Below, piece by piece: positions 59,442 through 64,000 of a stretch of 64,000 nucleotides of DNA. Where the stretch lies: the sequence record DRR723986_3096. The stretch is one strand, 5' to 3'. Position numbers and translations under genes: made by a program. How positions within the stretch are numbered: the first letter of the stretch is position 1; every line of letters starts with the position of its first letter. The notes below the pieces were generated by a model, which ran no database searches, had not been told where the DNA came from, and was given only the letters and a program-made list of their open reading frames with translations.

Positions 59442-61982
59442 CTATTCGATGTAAAGAAACTGGTTGGAGTTGAACAAAATGTGGCAGAAGTCGGCGAGCC
59501 GCTCTACCGAGGGAGGCTCGCTATCCTCACCGATTCCAATTTTCATATAGTCCAGCGCACTGGCCAGTTCGTCACCGGTAGGACTACGTCCCCATGTCCT
59601 CAGAAAGGCGCGTTCTGCAAGTTCCTCTGGCGTGCTGTACTGCTTCATCAACTGTTCAGCCATCTTCTTGGCTCTTCCAAGAGCATAGGAACCATTGATC
59701 AAGAGTAGGGCTTGAGTGGGCGTCGTCGTTGAATCGCGGACGGCGACGCTACGCAAGCCCGCTGCAGTGTCGAAGCCGTGGAGGAACGTGTCGTTCTTAT
59801 TGCGGAAACTCTTGACGTAGATCGAACGCCGCGGTTCGGACTCGCCCACACTGGGACCGCCCAGCTTCTTCCGCAGTTCGCCGCTGGCCAGCAACATGGA
59901 GTCGCGAATTTGCTCAGCCGACTGACGGCGTATTCCCCAACGCCAGAACAAGTCTTCACCAGGGTCGACCTGACTGTACTCGGATGCTCGCGTATGATCA
60001 GCAGACAATTTCCACGTTTTCGAATTCAGAATCAGCCGATGGAGGCGTTTCATTTTCCAGCCGCCATCGACGAAATACGCTGTAATGAAATCTAACAACG
60101 CTGGATCCGTCGGTCGTGCTCCCTGTGCCCCAAAGTCACTGGACGTTTTGACGACACCGCGACCAAAATGCTGCTGCCAAATTCGATTTGCAATAACTCG
60201 CGTCGAAAGAGGGTTGTCGGCGTCACCGATCCACTTCGCCAATGCTGTCCTACGTCCCGTCGTGTCAGGGCGGATTTCGTCGGTTGCAAAACTGGACAGA
60301 CCGTCATCACCCATTACAGTCAAGAAACCGGGGGCTACCGGTGGAGCGGATGAATCGGGAATCCGTGTTGGTGAAGGAATGCCGCTGAAATCCGTGGCAG
60401 TCATCAACTTGGGCAGCGGTTTGGGTTTCAGTTTGTCGAACTCGGACAGTTTCTTCAGGAGCTCGTCACGCCGCGTCTTGTCCTCCTTCTTCAAACTCTT
60501 GAAAGGTCCGCCGCCTTCCTCGAGGAACTGTCGTTCGACAAGGTAGGCCATCTGATTCTGCCAGCTTGTACGGTCTGCTTTTGGCATGTGGAAGCAGGCT
60601 TGAATGTCGAGCGGAAACTTGTCGACGGTGGATTCCCACTTCTTATCGATGTACTTCCGTTCAAGCTCCTCCAATTCCGCCCGCAGCTCAGCAGTTGCCT
60701 CCAAGTATGCTTGATTGTCTTTCGCAAACTTCTGCTTCTGGGCCTCGGTTGCCCCAAGCAAATCATCACGCCAGCTAATGGGTTCAAAAAAAGCACGCAG
60801 TTTGAAATAGTCACGCTGCAGGATTGGGTCAAATTTATGGTTGTGGCAACGAGCGCAGGACATGCTCAGGCCGAAAAAGACGTCACCGGTCACGTCCGTC
60901 ATCTCATTCATGATGTCGTTCCAGTGCCCGCGTGCGTCCCGCTGGTTGTACTCGTAAATTCCGAGCCTCAGGTAGCCAGCGGCGATGAGTGCCGCAGGGT
61001 TGTCATCGGGGCGTTCATCGCCGGCCAACTGATCTCGAACGAATTCAGGGTAGGCTTTGTCTTCGTTGAATGCATCGATCACGTAATCGCGATATCGCCA
61101 AATGTGTGGGCGATACGCGTCTTGGTTCCACCCGTCGGATTCCGCATAACGGACGAGATCAAGCCAGTGGCGTGCCCAGTGCTCACCGTACCGCGGGTCT
61201 TCCAGTAGCTTATCAACAAGTTGCGCCCAGCGGCATTCGGGTGGCCCGCTATAGTAATCTGCAATCTCTTCCTCTGTCGGAGGCACGCCAACAATATCGA
61301 AGTAAACCCGACGCAGCAGCACGGACTCGTCAGCTTGGTCTGCCGGTTGAATCCCCTTCTCAGTCAAACTGGCGAATACAAATTGATCAATCGGGTTCTC
61401 GTTCCATGCAGCATTGCTGGCAGTTGGCGGGTCGTCGCGGCGAACGGGTTGGAAGGCCCACCACTGCTTGTCGGCATCGGTCACGCCAGCTTCTTCGCGG
61501 ACTACCGAACTTGCCGGCCAGTGCGCACCTGACTCCACCCATTGCTCGAACAGGTCGATTGTCTTTTCGTCAAGCTGTCCGCTCGGGGGCATTTCGAAGC
61601 CTTCGTAGCGAAGAGCCTCGATGATTAAACTGCCATCGGTATCGCCCGGCGCAAGAGCTGCACCGCTTTCGCCACCCGTGGTGATGGACTCGAATGAATC
61701 AAGCCGCAAACCGCCCTCTTGTTTCGTCTCGCCGTGGCAACTCACACACTTGTTAGCCAGTACCGGTCGAATACTCTCTTCGAAGAACTCGGCTTGAGCT
61801 TTCTCGCTCGCAGAGCTGGCGTTCTGGACACTCTCATCTTCCGCCCCCACGACTGGTACAACACACGACAGCACCAGTGCTGCCGCCGCCATCAGCCTTA
61901 ATGCAACAGGTTGCGATGCCGCTCGAGAGAGACGAAAGCACATTGACGTCAATCGATCGATTTTGAAACGATGAACATTCAT
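59442..61982 (-). CDS. Planctomycete cytochrome c (PSCyt1), DUF1549 and DUF1553 protein
   Basis: CVSCH...GGLRLD, WWAFQP, YGEHWARHWLDLVRYAES, CARCHNHKFDPI, RVIANRIWQQHFG and TPTQAL. Confidence 0.9.
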   Translation of the reverse strand: MNVHRFKIDRLTSMCFRLSRAASQPVALRLMAAAALVLSCVVPVVGAEDESVQNASSASEKAQAEFFEESIRPVLANKCVSCHGETKQEGGLRLDSFESITTGGESGAALAPGDTDGSLIIEALRYEGFEMPPSGQLDEKTIDLFEQWVESGAHWPASSVVREEAGVTDADKQWWAFQPVRRDDPPTASNAAWNENPIDQFVFASLTEKGIQPADQADESVLLRRVYFDIVGVPPTEEEIADYYSGPPECRWAQLVDKLLEDPRYGEHWARHWLDLVRYAESDGWNQDAYRPHIWRYRDYVIDAFNEDKAYPEFVRDQLAGDERPDDNPAALIAAGYLRLGIYEYNQRDARGHWNDIMNEMTDVTGDVFFGLSMSCARCHNHKFDPILQRDYFKLRAFFEPISWRDDLLGATEAQKQKFAKDNQAYLEATAELRAELEELERKYIDKKWESTVDKFPLDIQACFHMPKADRTSWQNQMAYLVERQFLEEGGGPFKSLKKEDKTRRDELLKKLSEFDKLKPKPLPKLMTATDFSGIPSPTRIPDSSAPPVAPGFLTVMGDDGLSSFATDEIRPDTTGRRTALAKWIGDADNPLSTRVIANRIWQQHFGRGVVKTSSDFGAQGARPTDPALLDFITAYFVDGGWKMKRLHRLILNSKTWKLSADHTRASEYSQVDPGEDLFWRWGIRRQSAEQIRDSMLLASGELRKKLGGPSVGESEPRRSIYVKSFRNKNDTFLHGFDTAAGLRSVAVRDSTTTPTQALLLINGSYALGRAKKMAEQLMKQYSTPEELAERAFLRTWGRSPTGDELASALDYMKIGIGEDSEPPSVERLADFCHILFNSNQFLYIE

Positions 61983-64000
61983 TGTTTGTCCGCTCCATCT
62001 TTTAGACTCGTCGCCGGCGCAGAGAAGGTCACGTTCTCTGCCTGCAAACGCAGTGCCTCAGGCAAGTCCCGCGCGTCCAATCGCACTAGGACTAGATGAT
62101 CTCCGGCTGACAGCGTTGTCGTGAACCTGGCTGCGTTCTTTGAGTTGTCCGGCTCTGACGGAGCCGACTCCGCTCTTTTTCGTTCGACTTCAACTCCGTC
62201 GATCCACAGAGCGGCCGCTGGGGAGTTGACCGTAAATGTCACCGTGCTTTCTTGAGCAACCTGCGCCGTTGTTCGAGCATAAACGTGCACCAGGGCAATG
62301 TTTCTGGGCTGCTTGGTCAGCTCCACGATGGTCTCGCTGGGGAGGTCACCACTGACCAATGCCGTCGCTGGCTTCCAGCCCGATCGTAACTCCCCGCTGG
62401 TAATCCGTTCTGACCCAAGTTGTTCGATTCGGTGCGTTCCGGCAAAGATATCGTACTGACGGGCAACTCCACCGCGTGATGCGTCGAAGCGACCGGGCTT
62501 GCCAAGCTGCGATAGGAAGGCGACCAGGTCGACACGTTCTTCGTCGGTCAAGCGATCGACTACACCGCTGGGCATCAAGCTCGAAGCAGCCTTCTTCCCA
62601 ATGATGTCGATCTGCGGCACTTCAATGAGTTTGCCATTGGCATCGCGAAGCACCAGTTTGTCATCATCGCTGGAAACTTGGATTCCAGTGAACACTTGGC
62701 CCTCCTCGGTCGCGACGCTCACCGAATGGTAGCCCTCTTTGACTTTTGCAGCGGGGTCAACAAGCGACTCGATGATGTAGTCGACCGGAGCACTTGCCCC
62801 AAGGCTGGTCATATCTGGCCCAACTTTTCCGCCGACTCCACCGATCGCGTGGCAAGTAACACATGCCAACTCGTTGCGACGATAGACGAGTTCACCGCGA
62901 GCGGGATTCGCAGCCTCGAGTCCTGCAGTAATTTTGGCCACCAACTCGGGTGAATAGATTAGTTTTTCAGCTTGAGTGCCCATCTGGTCAAGAACGCTCT
63001 TAAGGCTTGCGAAGGCCTCGCCACGAGTTGAAACAACTTGACGTCCTGCATCGACTACGAAATCGTCTAGGTTCGCTTCTGGCAAAGCCGCACCGACCTT
63101 CTCGGTGAAGCCTGGTGCGCCGAGGTACTCACGCCAAATCGCTTGAGCTGCAGCGGTGTCCGTTGCTCGGCTCAGCATTGCGATGAATGGCTCGACGGCG
63201 TTCTCGGGTGCCAGCTCGGTTAGCGACCGAAGAGCCGATTTCTGGATTGTTCGAGCCGCCTTAGGATTGCTGGCAAGCTTGGTGAGCAGATCGACCGACT
63301 GCGCCGCCCCAAGGACACGAAGTGTGTCGATCGCTGTTGCTCGAACTCCTACAGGTGCATCCGCGTTGCTGGCGATTCGGATGAGCCTTGCGGCCTGCCC
63401 CTTCATTCGCCAACTGCCAATCAGCTTCATCGCCGACTGTACCGTTTTCTCCGCATGAGAGCTGGGGTCGAGCAGTTGTGCGACCGAGGAGACGTTGGTC
63501 GGGCGTTGCTTTCGAAGGCGATTTGCCACTTCGAGCGATTCGAGAGCGCGTAGTGTTGCGGATTCTGAAAGTTCACCAGCAACGGTAGCTTCGAGCAACT
63601 GCTGCAACTCCGCTCGACCTCCAGCCTTTCCGATCAACTCAATCCAAGGGCCATCGGTGCTCTCTGCCAATTTGTTCGAAGCCAAGAAATTAGATAGCAG
63701 TCCTGACGCAAGCGATGGTTCGATCTTGGTGACGATGAACTCCAGTTTTCGACTGGCAAGATCACCGTCTTTTTCGCTGGTCGCTTGCGTCTTTAGCCAG
63801 TCGCCTGATTCTATTTCGTGTGCCAATTCCTCCGCGACTTCATTGACCGTCAGTGTAAGAGCATGTTCAATGAAGCGGTCCATAGGCAGCGACAATACGT
63901 CGAGCGCTCGGGTCGCATTGGCAACCGAAGCATCTCGCGAGAGTGCGCGAATCGCTTCCAATCGTACGCGCGGGAATTCGTCAGCTAGCGCGTTGACCAA
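61979..64000 (-). CDS. C-terminal part of a PVC-type heme-binding protein (HEAT repeats and CxxCH), 5'-truncated by window edge
   Basis: PRVRLEAIRAL HEAT-like repeat; CVTCH...VGPDMT...SSLMP. Confidence 0.82.
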   Translation of the reverse strand: MVNALADEFPRVRLEAIRALSRDASVANATRALDVLSLPMDRFIEHALTLTVNEVAEELAHEIESGDWLKTQATSEKDGDLASRKLEFIVTKIEPSLASGLLSNFLASNKLAESTDGPWIELIGKAGGRAELQQLLEATVAGELSESATLRALESLEVANRLRKQRPTNVSSVAQLLDPSSHAEKTVQSAMKLIGSWRMKGQAARLIRIASNADAPVGVRATAIDTLRVLGAAQSVDLLTKLASNPKAARTIQKSALRSLTELAPENAVEPFIAMLSRATDTAAAQAIWREYLGAPGFTEKVGAALPEANLDDFVVDAGRQVVSTRGEAFASLKSVLDQMGTQAEKLIYSPELVAKITAGLEAANPARGELVYRRNELACVTCHAIGGVGGKVGPDMTSLGASAPVDYIIESLVDPAAKVKEGYHSVSVATEEGQVFTGIQVSSDDDKLVLRDANGKLIEVPQIDIIGKKAASSLMPSGVVDRLTDEERVDLVAFLSQLGKPGRFDASRGGVARQYDIFAGTHRIEQLGSERITSGELRSGWKPATALVSGDLPSETIVELTKQPRNIALVHVYARTTAQVAQESTVTFTVNSPAAALWIDGVEVERKRAESAPSEPDNSKNAARFTTTLSAGDHLVLVRLDARDLPEALRLQAENVTFSAPATSLKDGADKQ

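Overview
This 64 kb window looks like chromosome from a planctomycete (Pirellulaceae-like). The basis is the gene families present: DUF1549/1553 plus DUF1501 pairs, DUF1559, a planctomycete extracellular signal with dockerin, and several PVC-type heme-binding CxxCH proteins. Housekeeping and metabolic genes include accD, xylB, cysC, an MnmE-like GTPase, an SUI1 factor, an ABC-2 exporter and a PhoD-family phosphatase. Four things stand out. (1) A compact minus-strand PKS-NRPS operon: a MacB/FtsX-like permease, a fully reducing single-module type I PKS, and a C-A-PCP-TE NRPS. It has no loading enzyme in the window and an unfamiliar A-domain code, and it sits head-to-head with an S49/SppA-fold lipoprotein whose catalytic residues appear to be substituted. 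(2) A non-canonical tRNA gene with a tRNA-Glu body, an AUC (Asp) anticodon and a pyrimidine at position 37. (3) Beside that tRNA, a decayed integrative element: a frameshifted tyrosine integrase, a PEP-CTERM cargo gene, and an HTH replication initiator with four 21-bp iteron-like repeats and an A-rich tract. (4) A 7-heme membrane-anchored cytochrome c paired with a His-bearing membrane protein. All calls come from reading motifs by eye; no database searches were run.
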